From: Candidatus Bathyarchaeota archaeon
Lineage (GTDB): Archaea > Thermoproteota > CALKCG01 > B24 > DRYS01
DNA: 64,000 nucleotides
Direction: 5' to 3'
Assembly: GCA_018396535.1 (NCBI GenBank)
Contig: JAGTQC010000003.1
Coordinates: 32,001 to 96,000 of the forward strand
In this document: piece after piece, positions 29,124-40,820 of the stretch
Numbering within the stretch: position 1 is the first letter of the stretch
How the letters are laid out: each line of letters starts with the position of its first letter
Notes under the pieces: generated by a model
The model's database searches: none
Told to the model about the DNA's origin: nothing
The model's input: only the letters and a program-made list of their open reading frames with translations
Made by a program: the position numbers and the translations under genes

Positions 29124-30884
29124 ATGAGTATGGATCTTAGAGTCTTCCGAGAGGAAGTATTCAAATACGCATTGATAAACGCAGTAAAGTATAATGGTAA
29201 AGCTAGGGTTGAACCTGTGGTATCTAAATTTCTAGGTGAACATAGAGAGCTACGTAATAGGGCTAGAGAAGTAATATCTATGGTGGAGGAGGTGGTTAAG
29301 GAGGTTAATAGTCTTACATTAGCAGAACAGAAGCGTATATTGGAGGAGAAATTCCCAGAACTCTTGATGGAAGAGGAGCCTAAGAAGAGAGAATTCAAAT
29401 TGCCTCCCCTACCTAATGTTGAGAAGTACTCGGTCATAGTTACAAGGTATGCTCCAAACCCGGATTTCGTACTGCATTTTGGTCAAGCTAGAGCTATATA
29501 TTTAAGCCATGATTATGCTAGGATGTATAATGGTATATTCATACTTAGATTTGAGGATACGGATCCGAGAGTGAAGAAACCTAAAATAGAATTCTACGAT
29601 GCTATAAGGGAGGATTTAATCTGGTTAGGATGTAAATGGGATAAGGAGTATATCCAAAGTAAACGTCTAGAAATCTACTATAGCATAGCTAAGAAGCTTA
29701 TCGATATAGGTGGAGCATATGTATGTACGTGCAATCCGGATATATTCCGCTCGTTTATCCACTCATCTAATCCATGTCCATGTAGGGATCTCGCAGTAGA
29801 GTATCAAGCTGAAAGATTCGATAAGATGCTTGAAGGAATATACGAGGAGGGAGAAGCTGTACTTCGGGTTAAAACTGATTTATCCCATCCCAACCCATCT
29901 GTGAGGGATTGGGTTGCATTAAGAATAATAGATACTAAAGTACATCCCCATCCCATAGTTGGTGATAAATATCATGTATGGCCGACTTACAATTTCGCAG
30001 CTGGTGTAGATGATCATCTAATGGAGATATCCCATATAATAAGAGGGAAGGAGTTCCTAGTCAGCGTGGAGAAGCAGATGTATATGTATAGATGGTTAGG
30101 TTGGGATTATCCTGAACATATACACTACGGTAAATGGATGATGATCGGAGCCGGTACCATGTCTAAATCTAAGATGCTTAGAGATATCCAGCTAGGATTG
30201 TATAAGAGTTGGGATGACCCACGTTTACCGACGCTAGCTGCTCTAAGACGTAGAGGTATACAACCTGAATCTATACATAGGATGATATTAGAGCTTGGTG
30301 TAAAGCTATCTGAGGTAAGGTTTAGTTGGGAGAATCTATATGCGTATAATAGGAAGATAATCGATCCGATAGCTAGGAGATTCTTCTATGTAGCTGATCC
30401 AATAAGATTGAGGATCAAATCGATCCCCTTAACAGAGGTTACCGCTAGGATACCATTCCATCCGAATAAGGAGGATATGGGGTATAGGGAGATAAAGGTG
30501 AAGGTTAAGGATGGTGTAGTCGAATTGTATATATCGAAGAGTGATACCGTTATCCTAGCTACGGGTAATGTTGTGAGACTTATAGGTTTATTCAATATTA
30601 ACCCCATAAGCGTATCGGATAAGATAGTGGAGGCGGTATGGCATAGTAGAAGTTATGAGGAAGCTGCAAAGCTTAGAGCTAGACTCATACACTGGGTTCC
30701 GATAGAGGAGAATGTAGCGATTAGAGTTGTTATGCCAGATGCATCGGAATCTAGTGGGTATGGGGAGAAATTATGTGAAACGATAAGTTTAGGTGAAGTT
30801 ATCCAATTTGAAAGATTTGGTTTTGCTAAGTTTGATTCGAAGCTACCAGATGGTACTATGGTATTCTATTATACGCATGATTAA
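29124..30884 (+). CDS. gltX: Glutamyl-tRNA synthetase (archaeal)
   Basis: RYAPNP..HFGQ, RFEDTDP, IIRGKE, MSKS, WDDPRLPT, QFERFGF. Confidence 0.95.
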   Translation: MSMDLRVFREEVFKYALINAVKYNGKARVEPVVSKFLGEHRELRNRAREVISMVEEVVKEVNSLTLAEQKRILEEKFPELLMEEEPKKREFKLPPLPNVEKYSVIVTRYAPNPDFVLHFGQARAIYLSHDYARMYNGIFILRFEDTDPRVKKPKIEFYDAIREDLIWLGCKWDKEYIQSKRLEIYYSIAKKLIDIGGAYVCTCNPDIFRSFIHSSNPCPCRDLAVEYQAERFDKMLEGIYEEGEAVLRVKTDLSHPNPSVRDWVALRIIDTKVHPHPIVGDKYHVWPTYNFAAGVDDHLMEISHIIRGKEFLVSVEKQMYMYRWLGWDYPEHIHYGKWMMIGAGTMSKSKMLRDIQLGLYKSWDDPRLPTLAALRRRGIQPESIHRMILELGVKLSEVRFSWENLYAYNRKIIDPIARRFFYVADPIRLRIKSIPLTEVTARIPFHPNKEDMGYREIKVKVKDGVVELYISKSDTVILATGNVVRLIGLFNINPISVSDKIVEAVWHSRSYEEAAKLRARLIHWVPIEENVAIRVVMPDASESSGYGEKLCETISLGEVIQFERFGFAKFDSKLPDGTMVFYYTHD

Positions 30885-31555
30885 CTTATAAAACGGTCTA
30901 GACATGGTATTTTAGCTCTTAGCTTATCTAGGATTAATCTAAATTCTGTATCTGTTAGATTAAAGATCTCTCTCAATTCATCTAATAGTAGGTCCATCTC
31001 TTTACCTCTAGAGAGTATGATACGCTCAGCAAGCCTCCTCTCTATATATGTATCGCAGAGTATGCGTAGCAGTTCATCTAGATAACGATATATCTCCCTC
31101 TTTAAGGCTAATAAGCTAGCCTCCACCATCCTCAACCTAGTTAGATCCCTATCCACTAATTCGGATAGTATAGATATCCTCTCTATAGCTTCCCTACAAT
31201 CTTCTATACGCTTAATATTCTCGAGTTCTCCCTTCATGCCTTCCACTTCTCCACATATAGATTCTTCCAAACTTCTAATCGATATATCGAATACTCCATC
31301 TGTAAATCCTAGATCTATGGAGAATCCTGTTTTGAGATAGTAGTATTTTCTAGGTGGACCTATACTACTATTCCTTTTAAAACTGGATATTAATCCATAG
31401 CGTTCGAGTATATTTAGATGCTTAAGTATGGCTGGCTCACTCAGGTTTAATTCTCTAGCTAACTCTAGAAGATACTTCGGACCAACGGCTAGCGATCTCA
31501 AGATTCTAAGCCTAGTTTGGTTACCCAATACTTCTAGTAGCTCCTCGATACTCAT
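30881..31555 (-). CDS. ArsR-family regulator, probably a Phr/HSR1-like heat-shock repressor
   Basis: LGNQTRLRIL, AILKHLNILE, GPPRKYY, C-terminal coiled coil; divergent from cdc48. Confidence 0.8.
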   Translation of the reverse strand: MSIEELLEVLGNQTRLRILRSLAVGPKYLLELARELNLSEPAILKHLNILERYGLISSFKRNSSIGPPRKYYYLKTGFSIDLGFTDGVFDISIRSLEESICGEVEGMKGELENIKRIEDCREAIERISILSELVDRDLTRLRMVEASLLALKREIYRYLDELLRILCDTYIERRLAERIILSRGKEMDLLLDELREIFNLTDTEFRLILDKLRAKIPCLDRFIS

Positions 31556-31587
31556 AACTCTAAATCCTAGTATAGTCTAGAGAAACA

Positions 31588-33912
<2,325 letters not shown>

Positions 33913-34000
33913 CCTAACATAACCTATATAGCTAGTATACCAGCCTTCACAGTCTATGGGGAAATATTTAAAAGATCTACATCGATCTATCTATAGACTG

Positions 34001-34074
34001 GGGCCCGTAGCTCAGCCAGGCAGAGCGGCAGGCTCATAACCTGTTGGTCGCCGGTTCGAATCCGGCCGGGCCCA
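34001..34074 (+). tRNA. tRNA with CAT anticodon, most likely tRNA-Ile2 (agmatidine-modified)
   Basis: GGGCCCG acceptor typical of archaeal tRNA-Ile, not AGCGGG (initiator) or GCC (elongator Met); GCAGG-CT-CAT-AA-CCTGT; TATTTAAA about 30 nt upstream. Confidence 0.9.
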
Positions 34075-34263
34075 TACAGGTTTAGGCTTCTCCGATACCC
34101 CGGGGGGTTTAGCCATTATTTCTCTACCATAATTCTTCCATACCTATTTCATAGATCTGCTGTTTATACATGTATTTTCTATGATCGAAGTCTATGGTTT
34201 ATTAGAGGGTAGAGTTAATTAGCTGTGGTGTTCTAGGATATTCTGTTTCATGTAGGGGTTGGT

Positions 34264-35442
34264 GTGTTATCTATGTCTAGGATCGTATCTATGGGTTTAA
34301 TCGGTTGTGGAGGTATTTCTTCAGCGCATGTAGCTGGGTTGAGGGAGCTCTATACTCGTGGGCTTAGGGTTGTACGTGTGGATGCTGTATGCGATATAGT
34401 CTTGGAGAATGCTGAGAGGAGGGCTGGGGAGGTAGAGTTGATTCAGGGGTTTAAGCCTAGGGTATACTCTAGCTTAGATGATATGCTATCTAACGAATCT
34501 CTGGATGCTGTAGATATATGTCTACCACATGATATGCATCATAGCGTTGCTATACGCTGCTTAGATGAGGATCTGCATGTGATTATCGAGAAGCCTCTAG
34601 CTATAACTATGAGAGCTGCTAAGCTTATAATAGATAAAGCTTCATCTAGAGGTAGGATTCTAGCTGTAGCAGAGAATTATCGTAGAACACCTGATAATCG
34701 TACGGTTAAATGGATAATGGATAATCGTATGATAGGAGAGCCTAGAATGGTATTCTGGCTAGGTTTAAACTGGAGCCCTAAGCCATGGGGTTGGAGAGAG
34801 GATAAGCTTAAAGCTGGTGGAAGCTGGGTATTCGATGGAGGAGTACATATAGCAGATATCGATAGATACCATCTAGGAAGGGAGGCTTTAGAAGTATACG
34901 CTAAGAATAGGATATTCGAACCTGTAAAGGATGGTGTTAGATCAACCGTAGACGATGCTACCCTAGCTATAATAGAGTATGAAGGTGGGGTATACGTCCA
35001 ATGGTCATGGTCCCGTCTAGCCCCAGGCTACCCGTTAAATCTCAGAGTAATATACGGATCTAGAGGAGCAGTATACATGCCAGGCTTAGCAAGCTTCCCA
35101 TCAGGATACGTTAGGATACAGATGGATGGATACATAGAGGAGAGGAGTATAAGCTATATCAGAAGCGAGATAATGAAAGCTATGAAGCCTGAAGATATAG
35201 AGGAGCTATTCCCGAAGGGTATAACAGACCCGTTCGCTATAGAGATATACGATTTCTACAAAGCTATAGTAGATAAGCGTAGACCAGAAGTCGATGGGAT
35301 AGAAGCATACAGAGATATGGCTATACCTATAGCATTCTACGAATCAGCTATACTAGATAAACCAGTTAAAGTTAGGGATGTAGAAGAGCTAAGGATAGAG
35401 GAGTATCAAGCTGAGATAAACGAGTATCTAGGCTTAAAGTAG
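34264..35442 (+). CDS. Gfo/Idh/MocA family oxidoreductase
   Basis: GLIGCGGI, CLPHDMH, IEKPLA, AENYR, DGGVH. Confidence 0.9.
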   Translation: MLSMSRIVSMGLIGCGGISSAHVAGLRELYTRGLRVVRVDAVCDIVLENAERRAGEVELIQGFKPRVYSSLDDMLSNESLDAVDICLPHDMHHSVAIRCLDEDLHVIIEKPLAITMRAAKLIIDKASSRGRILAVAENYRRTPDNRTVKWIMDNRMIGEPRMVFWLGLNWSPKPWGWREDKLKAGGSWVFDGGVHIADIDRYHLGREALEVYAKNRIFEPVKDGVRSTVDDATLAIIEYEGGVYVQWSWSRLAPGYPLNLRVIYGSRGAVYMPGLASFPSGYVRIQMDGYIEERSISYIRSEIMKAMKPEDIEELFPKGITDPFAIEIYDFYKAIVDKRRPEVDGIEAYRDMAIPIAFYESAILDKPVKVRDVEELRIEEYQAEINEYLGLK

Positions 35443-35452
35443 ATACAAAGAT

Positions 35453-36613
35453 TCAACGATAGACTACCTCAACCCTCCTACCAATCCTCGCAGATTCTAG
35501 TATAGCATCACAAACCTCCGCGCAGCGATACCCATCCTCGAAGCTAGCACCGTAAGGTTCTATAGGATTATCCTCAACCAAGCATCTTAGGAAGTGGTGA
35601 AGCTCGTTAACGAATGTATGCTCCCAACCGATTATATGACCTGAAGGCCAGTAAGCCTTGATAAACGGATGCACATCAGACTCCGTAACAAGTATCTCCC
35701 TCCAACCCTCAGTAGCTCTATCACCAACCATATAGATCCTCAACTCGTTCAACCTTTCAAGATTAAACTCTATAGAACCCCTCTCACCATTCACTTCGAA
35801 ACAATTATAGTTCTTCCTACCAGTAGCAAACCTACTAGCCTCCAGAGTACCTATAGCCCCATTCTCGAATTCGACAGTAGCTACAAACGCATCATCAACA
35901 GTAACCCTACCCCTCCTAGACGGATCACCCTCTAAAGGCCTCTCCTCTACGAAAGTCCTAGCTACACCAGTAACAGCCTTAACCTCACCTACAAGAAACC
36001 TAGCTAGATCGATTATATGACTCCCAAGATCACCTAGAGCACCAGACCCAGCCTCCTCAACCCTAAGCCTCCACACCAAGGGGAAGCTTGGATCCACTAG
36101 CCAATCCTGAAGATAACGCGCCCTGAAATGATATATACGCCCTAAAACACCATCCTCTATAAGCCTACGAGCAAGCATAACAGCAGGTACAAATCTATAA
36201 TTAAACGCACACATAGCTTTAACACCAGCTCTACGAGCTACATCCCTCATCTCCCTAGCTTCAGAAGCATTACGAGCTAGAGGCTTCTCACATACAACAT
36301 GCTTCCCAGCCTCCATAGCCTCTACACACGGATCCCTATGCATATAATTAGGCAAACCATTATCCACAACCTCAACCTCAGGATCCCTAACAGCCTCCCT
36401 CCAATCAGTCGTATACCTCCTATATCCATATCTCAGAGCAGCCTCCCTAACACGCTCCAAGCTCCTACCATATATCGTAACCAATCTAGGTATAGCTGGT
36501 GGAGGCCAGAAGAATAGAGGTATATCCCTCCAAGCATGGCTATGAGCCTTACCCATAAACGCATACCCAAGCATAGCTACACCAACTTCTCTAAGACTAG
36601 ACAATACGATCAC
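35453..36613 (-). CDS. Gfo/Idh/MocA oxidoreductase, levoglucosan dehydrogenase-like
   Basis: FMGKAHSHAW..IPLFFWPPPAIP, CEKPLAR, AFNYR, YLQDW, AGSGALGDLGSH. Confidence 0.88.
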   Translation of the reverse strand: MIVLSSLREVGVAMLGYAFMGKAHSHAWRDIPLFFWPPPAIPRLVTIYGRSLERVREAALRYGYRRYTTDWREAVRDPEVEVVDNGLPNYMHRDPCVEAMEAGKHVVCEKPLARNASEAREMRDVARRAGVKAMCAFNYRFVPAVMLARRLIEDGVLGRIYHFRARYLQDWLVDPSFPLVWRLRVEEAGSGALGDLGSHIIDLARFLVGEVKAVTGVARTFVEERPLEGDPSRRGRVTVDDAFVATVEFENGAIGTLEASRFATGRKNYNCFEVNGERGSIEFNLERLNELRIYMVGDRATEGWREILVTESDVHPFIKAYWPSGHIIGWEHTFVNELHHFLRCLVEDNPIEPYGASFEDGYRCAEVCDAILESARIGRRVEVVYR

Positions 36614-36708
36614 CAGAATAATCTATAGACTCTACAACCCATTTAAAATTGTCGTAGATTCTCAAACCGTAAAATCTTAATAATCCAACTATAAGAGAGT
36701 ATGGTGTA

Positions 36709-37683
36709 GTGGTAGCTATGGTTATGAAGATAGGATTCCTAACCGTAGCATTCAACGATTGGCCTCTAGAAAAGGTTCTAGACCATATATCTAGGCTCGG
36801 ATACGAAGCTGTAGAACTCGCAGCATGGAAAGCTAGCAACCATCTAAACCTGGAAAGAATACTCTCCGGGGGTGCAGGCGAGCTTAGAAGAATAATAGAA
36901 TCTAGAGGCATGATCATCTCAGCTCTAAGTAATCATCTAGAATCCCAGCTTGTATTAGGGCCTCACGATACCTCTACAGATGAATGGTTTAAAGGTACAC
37001 CTGAGGAGAAGGCAGCCTATGGCGTAAAGCGTACGAAGATGACGATAGAAGCTGCATGCCTACTAGAAGTACCGGTCGTATGCGGCTTCGTAGGCCATCC
37101 AAACTGGGGTTCATGGTATATATTCCCACCAGCATACGAGAAGATGTGGGATAGATACTGGAAGATATTCGAAGAGAGATGGGGTGAGATAATCGATTAC
37201 GCATCAGAGCATAGGGTTAAATTCGCTCATGAAGTACATCCGCAGGAGATGGCCTACAACCTATACACAGCTAAGAAGGCTATAGAAGTTATTAAAAGAG
37301 AGAATTTTGGCTTCAACTTCGATCCAAGCCATCTAGTATGGCAGGGTATAGATCCGGTGGTATTCATACACGAGATAGGGGATAGGATATACCATGTACA
37401 CGCTAAGGATGTGGAAATAGTTAAGGAAGCTGTAGCCTACGATGGCATACTATCAACCGGACCATGGAGGAGGAGGGGTAGAGGTATGAGGTTCAGAGTA
37501 CCAGGCTGGGGTGATGTAGATTGGCGTCGCGTAATCACAGCGCTGATCGAAGTAGGCTACGACTACGTCCTCTCCTTCGAGCATGAAGACCCGATTATGT
37601 CACCAGAGGATGGCGTCGAGAAGGCTATATCCTATCTAAAACCACTCATAATAAGGAAGCCTCTAGAACGTGTATGGTGGTAG
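36709..37683 (+). CDS. Xylose isomerase-like TIM barrel (AP2Ec/sugar phosphate isomerase family), candidate 3-keto-sugar eliminase or isomerase
   Basis: FAHEVHP, NFDPSHLVWQ, YHVHAKD, FRVPGWGDVDW, SFEHED. Confidence 0.85.
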   Translation: MVAMVMKIGFLTVAFNDWPLEKVLDHISRLGYEAVELAAWKASNHLNLERILSGGAGELRRIIESRGMIISALSNHLESQLVLGPHDTSTDEWFKGTPEEKAAYGVKRTKMTIEAACLLEVPVVCGFVGHPNWGSWYIFPPAYEKMWDRYWKIFEERWGEIIDYASEHRVKFAHEVHPQEMAYNLYTAKKAIEVIKRENFGFNFDPSHLVWQGIDPVVFIHEIGDRIYHVHAKDVEIVKEAVAYDGILSTGPWRRRGRGMRFRVPGWGDVDWRRVITALIEVGYDYVLSFEHEDPIMSPEDGVEKAISYLKPLIIRKPLERVWW

Positions 37684-37752
37684 AAGCAGCTTAGAAAAAC
37701 CTATCCGATACCAATCATAGATCATAGAGGTAGATAAGGGTGTCTTACACCT

Positions 37753-39414
37753 GTGAAGATAGTAGAAGCTATAGTTAAAACCTTAGAGAAGCTAGGCGTA
37801 GAGTACATCTTCGGTATACCTGGATCCCAGACATGCCCGTTCTACGATGCACTATACTCATCCAGTATAAAGCATATACTAGTTAGACATGAACAATCAG
37901 CCGCATACATGGCTGACGCTTATGCTAAAATCACTGGTAGACCAGGCGTCTGCGATGGTACAGGCGGACCTGGAGCAACCAATCTGATAACAGGTGTAGC
38001 TACATCATGGACAGATCGTACACCTGTAATCGTATTCACAGGTCAACAACCGTTAAGCGAGCTAGGTAGAGGAGCATTCCAAGAGCTCGATCATAACGCT
38101 ATATTCGCCCCCATAACCAAGATATCTATAAGAATATCAAACTCTATGAGTATCACATACATAATCAGAGAAGCCTACAGGATATCGGTAGAGGGGAGAC
38201 CTGGACCCGTACATATAGATATGCCGCTAGACGTTCAGGTAGCCGATCTACTGGTAGAAGATATAGATCTCCAACCCCCACCACAAATCTCAGAATCTAA
38301 GATAGATATAGAAGCTGTGAGAAAAGCTACCTCCCTCCTAGCATCATCCAATAGACCTTTAATAATCGCTGGTGGAGGCGTCCACTATTCAGGTATAGGC
38401 GCATGGATAGAGGTTAAAGCTCTAGCAGAGTATATGGCTATACCCGTAGCTACAACATTCAACGGTAGAGGATCGTTCCCAGAGGATCACCCCCTATCAG
38501 CTGGTAGGATGGGTGTAAACTCCGCATCTTATACAGATGAGGTAGCATCATCAGCTGATACCATACTAGCAGTAGGATGCAGATTCGCAGCCCTCAGCAC
38601 ACGCCGTTGGAGTATACCAAACCCTAAAGCTACGTTGATACATGTAGATGTAGATCCATCAGTGATAGGTTTAAACTACAAGGCTACCATAGCTATAATC
38701 GGAGATGCTAAGACAATCCTAAGATATATGCTAGAAGAAGCTTCTAAGCTAAGCGATACCGGTATATCTAGACGTAGAGATTGGCTTAGATTCCTAGAGG
38801 AAGCTAAGGAGAGATGGAGGAGATCAGAGTATTTCTCCAAGATATACTCAGATAACACCCCTCTAAAACCTCAAAGAGTATGCTACGAGATAAGAAGGAT
38901 ATTCGATAGATCGACGATATTCACCCTAGATGCTGGTAATAATAAGCTATGGGCTTCGACGTTTATAGAGATATACGAACCTAGAACATGGATACAATCA
39001 GGATGCTTCGGCCCTATGGGCTACGCGTTACCAGCAGCTATATCATGCAAACTTGTAAAGCCTGATAGGATAGTAGTAGCTATATGTGGTGATGGAGGCT
39101 TCTATATGAGTCTACACGAGCTAGCTACATCGATCCAGGAGGATATACCGGTTATAGTATGCGTATTCAACGATGGCGCCTTAGGCACTATAAAACATCG
39201 TCAAACACTAGCCTATAGCGGTAGATACATCTCGGTAGATCTATCAAACCCAAGCTTCGCTAAGATAGCGGATGCATTCGGATGCTACGGTCTAGAAGCT
39301 GAGACACCTATACAACTTAGATCAGCTCTAGATGAAGCTCTAAAAGCTAATAGAACTAGTGAAACAGTCGTGGTAGATATACGTATAGATGGATCAGAGC
39401 TTCTACCACCCTAA
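37753..39414 (+). CDS. Thiamine-diphosphate enzyme, acetolactate synthase-like
   Basis: FGIPG, RHEQSAAYMAD, GPGATN, FQE, GPMGYALPAA, GDGGF..N. Confidence 0.9.
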   Translation: MKIVEAIVKTLEKLGVEYIFGIPGSQTCPFYDALYSSSIKHILVRHEQSAAYMADAYAKITGRPGVCDGTGGPGATNLITGVATSWTDRTPVIVFTGQQPLSELGRGAFQELDHNAIFAPITKISIRISNSMSITYIIREAYRISVEGRPGPVHIDMPLDVQVADLLVEDIDLQPPPQISESKIDIEAVRKATSLLASSNRPLIIAGGGVHYSGIGAWIEVKALAEYMAIPVATTFNGRGSFPEDHPLSAGRMGVNSASYTDEVASSADTILAVGCRFAALSTRRWSIPNPKATLIHVDVDPSVIGLNYKATIAIIGDAKTILRYMLEEASKLSDTGISRRRDWLRFLEEAKERWRRSEYFSKIYSDNTPLKPQRVCYEIRRIFDRSTIFTLDAGNNKLWASTFIEIYEPRTWIQSGCFGPMGYALPAAISCKLVKPDRIVVAICGDGGFYMSLHELATSIQEDIPVIVCVFNDGALGTIKHRQTLAYSGRYISVDLSNPSFAKIADAFGCYGLEAETPIQLRSALDEALKANRTSETVVVDIRIDGSELLPP

Positions 39415-39469
39415 CTATAGATAGATTATTAATCTTCAAAGATGCATCTGTATACGGTGTTCACAATCC

Positions 39470-40648
39470 ATGTACAATCTAGCATATGGAAGCCTCAGAT
39501 CGTATGAGATTAAGCTTCCTAAGAAGATAGTATTCGGTATAGGCTCCCTAGATAAGCTAGGTTTAGAAGCTAAAACCCTAACCGAAGGTAGGAGTACGCT
39601 CATAGTCACAGATGAGAATATAGCTAGGATAGGTATAGCTAGTAGAGTTGAAAGGATACTCCTAGACGAAGGCTTCAAAATAGAAATCTTCGATAAGGTG
39701 GAATCAGAGCCATCCATAGATACTGCTGAAGCTATATCGAGATACGCTAGATCTGCTAGATTCGATCTAGTCATCGGGGTTGGAGGTGGAAGCGTCATGG
39801 ATATGGCTAAGATAGCTTCGATAGCATCAACCAATCCTAAACCAGTTAGAAACTATATAGGCATCAACCTAGTAGAGAAGCCAGGCCTACCCCATATACT
39901 CATACCAACCACAGCTGGTACAGGCTCAGAAGCTACAGATATAGCGGTGGTAACGCTACCAGAGGATGAGGTTAAATCCTCCGTGATAAGCCCTTACCTA
40001 CTCCCAGATACAGCCTTAATCGATCCAAGCCTAACATACACGCTTCCACCTAGAATAACAGCCTCGACCGGTCTAGATGCTATAAGCCATGCACTCGAAG
40101 CATTAATGTCGGTAAACTCAAACCTTATAACAGATATACTAGCATTAGAAGCTTTAAAGCTAGCATATATATACCTACCAGAAGCATACAGCTCACCAAA
40201 CCCTGAGAATAGATACTATATGAGTCTAGCAGCCCTACTCGCAGGTATAGCGTTATGTAACGCAGGCGTATGCCTAGGACATGCATTAGCATACACATTC
40301 GCTGTAAAATATAGAGTACCGCATGGAGTATCATGCGGCTTAACCCTACCATACGCGTTCGAATACAACTCTATAAGCATCGATCGGAAGATACCATGTA
40401 TAGCGAAATCAATGGGTGTAGAGGTGGAAGGTAGAAGCATAAAGGAGTTATCCAAAACAATAAAAGATAATCTACTCAAACTACTAGAAAAGCTAGGTAT
40501 ACCTACAAAGCTAAGACAGCTAGGCATAGAAAGAAACGATATACCAACCCTAGCTTCAAAACTCCTATCCCTAGAAAGACTACTAAAACGCAATCCTAGA
40601 ACAGTAACTATATATGAAGCATTAGAAATCATAGAGGAAATGTGGTAA
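39470..40648 (+). CDS. Iron-containing (group III) alcohol dehydrogenase
   Basis: GGGSVMD, IPTTAGTGSE, GLDAISHALE, GHALA, PHG. Confidence 0.92.
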   Translation: MYNLAYGSLRSYEIKLPKKIVFGIGSLDKLGLEAKTLTEGRSTLIVTDENIARIGIASRVERILLDEGFKIEIFDKVESEPSIDTAEAISRYARSARFDLVIGVGGGSVMDMAKIASIASTNPKPVRNYIGINLVEKPGLPHILIPTTAGTGSEATDIAVVTLPEDEVKSSVISPYLLPDTALIDPSLTYTLPPRITASTGLDAISHALEALMSVNSNLITDILALEALKLAYIYLPEAYSSPNPENRYYMSLAALLAGIALCNAGVCLGHALAYTFAVKYRVPHGVSCGLTLPYAFEYNSISIDRKIPCIAKSMGVEVEGRSIKELSKTIKDNLLKLLEKLGIPTKLRQLGIERNDIPTLASKLLSLERLLKRNPRTVTIYEALEIIEEMW

Positions 40649-40820
40649 ACCCAAGGCATCCAGGTAAAAACCTAGCATATCATAGAAGCATGCGACCCCA
40701 TCTCGAACAACACTCATGTAGTATGTATAGTTAGAACGAGGTTAGCTAAGATTTAGTTATAAACAATCATGTTAGCATAATTATATCTAGTCGTAGTGTA
40801 GCAGTTTTATACAACCCGCT

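Noticed and set aside
34001-34074. tRNA-Met assignment for the CAT tRNA
   Set aside because: The acceptor stem fits the Ile family; there is no A1:U72 pair or triple G:C anticodon stem of an initiator
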